A DNA stretch of 64,000 nt, from NCBI GenBank assembly GCA_965198115.1, contig OZ240241.1:2560001-2624000 (forward strand), read 5' to 3'. Every line of letters starts with the position of its first letter. Position 1 is the stretch's first letter. Positions 62,903 through 64,000 of this stretch are shown here, piece by piece. This DNA is from Candidatus Latescibacterota bacterium. Lineage in GTDB: Bacteria; Latescibacterota; UBA2968. The position numbers were made by a program, and so were the translations under genes. The notes under the pieces are model-generated. The model had not been told where the DNA came from, did not search any database, and was given only the letters and a program-made list of their open reading frames with translations.

Positions 62903-63994
62903 CTAGCCAGTAACAGCTCCAAGCACCCGTTCGGCGAATCCATCGAAGTAATCCGCGCTCATCCATCGGATGACGACCACCATATCCATCTCCGGCGCCA
63001 CCCAGACGCGGTTGGCCCCGGCCCCTCCGTGATAAAAATGGCTCGCAGACGCACTGGGGAAGAGCTCACGGTCCGTATTCAGGAAGTAATTCATGAAGCC
63101 ATACGTCGGCCGTAGTTCCGTCGGCGTCAGGGCCTGCTCGATCCATCCCTCCGACAGGATCTGACGATCGCCCCACCGCCCACGCCGCAGCGTGAGGTGG
63201 CCGAAACGCGCGTGATCTCGCGCGCTGATCCACATTCCCCCACCCCAATGTCCACCGCCGCTGACCGATTGCACCCGCTCACCATCGATCTCGACATAGG
63301 AGTTGTCGTAGCCGTTCCAAACCCACGTATCGGATGCCCCGATCGGATCCAACACCTCTTCCTTCAGCACCTCCGGCAGCGGCCGATTCCACACTCGAAG
63401 CAATGAAAGCGCGAATCGGTTGACGCGTACGTCATTGTATTCGTAGCGCGTCCCTGGTGGTACGGGCTTGAGGTAGACGTCATCCGTGTTGCCCGCCGAA
63501 AATGGCTTATTCCACATTGTGCCGTCCCATTCCGTGATTTGGCGAAGCGAGTGATCCCACGTAATCTGCGCGTTGTGCTCAGAGCCGTAACCGCCGTCGT
63601 CCACGTAATCCACAACGCGATCGTCCAGATCCTTGATCAATCCCCGGTCCCACGCCAACCCGGCCGTCGTCGAAAGGAAGCTCTTCGAAATACTGAACGT
63701 CATATCAACACGTTCGGGCTCACCCCACTCGGCTACGATCGAACCGTTGCGAATCACAACGCCCGTTATGGGTCCGTGGGTCTTAGTCGGTCCCAGGATC
63801 ACACCGTCGTCGTATTTCTTAGAGCCGTGTTCTTTCGCGAGATGAGCGGCCAGATCGGGTGGACTGCCGGCACGTGAAGGGTCCTGCGTGTATTCAATGG
63901 CTTCCTGCAGTCCGGCCGGATCGAACCCGGCCTCCTCCGGAGGCGTGAACGCCCACGTGTTCTCCGGTTTAGGATCGTGTTGAACTTCGGCCAC
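62903..63994 (-). CDS. serine hydrolase (beta-lactamase/class C-like fold)
   Basis: FSISKS (SxxK), PGTRYEYND (Y-x-x), GGMWISARD.ARFG; the start lies at the window edge. Confidence 0.88.
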   Translation of the reverse strand: MAEVQHDPKPENTWAFTPPEEAGFDPAGLQEAIEYTQDPSRAGSPPDLAAHLAKEHGSKKYDDGVILGPTKTHGPITGVVIRNGSIVAEWGEPERVDMTFSISKSFLSTTAGLAWDRGLIKDLDDRVVDYVDDGGYGSEHNAQITWDHSLRQITEWDGTMWNKPFSAGNTDDVYLKPVPPGTRYEYNDVRVNRFALSLLRVWNRPLPEVLKEEVLDPIGASDTWVWNGYDNSYVEIDGERVQSVSGGGHWGGGMWISARDHARFGHLTLRRGRWGDRQILSEGWIEQALTPTELRPTYGFMNYFLNTDRELFPSASASHFYHGGAGANRVWVAPEMDMVVVIRWMSADYFDGFAERVLGAVTG

Positions 63995-64000
63995 ATTCGT

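Noticed and set aside
1-64000. CRISPR array, rRNA, tRNA, retron/DGR or defence system
   Set aside because: No regularly spaced repeat-spacer array, cloverleaf, rRNA-like tract, or cas/RT/defence-nuclease motif recognised by eye.

Overview
GC-rich bacterial chromosomal window with about 55 genes, almost all catabolic enzymes: four Gfo/Idh/MocA oxidoreductases, three enolase-superfamily enzymes, three PhyH dioxygenases, three sulfatases, two HpcH aldolases, two DHDPS-family lyases, two lactonases, two MDR dehydrogenases, UxuA and a hydantoinase/oxoprolinase A+B pair. This paralog-rich repertoire and a DUF6785/DUF6784-type membrane protein suggest a Latescibacterota/Poribacteria-like organism (inference only). 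The best candidate for an undescribed system is the cobalamin-dependent methyl-transfer cluster at 1-4822: a corrinoid protein, an MtaA/CmuA-like Zn methyltransferase, two unassigned Cys/His proteins (one with an internal duplicated motif), a divergent FadR-type regulator with a visible operator, and a stand-alone homocysteine methyltransferase domain. Other points: an ISL3 that splits a sulfatase, an IS630 with a hairpin plus T4C6 slippage site, several families of nested palindromic or heptamer repeats (one inserted in frame in a histidine kinase ATPase domain), and an in-frame TAG in an enolase-family gene. More than a dozen genes carry frameshifts, mostly single-base indels in short homopolymers, which probably reflects long-read assembly error. 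I found no rRNA, tRNA or CRISPR array. All family calls come from motif recognition, not database searches.
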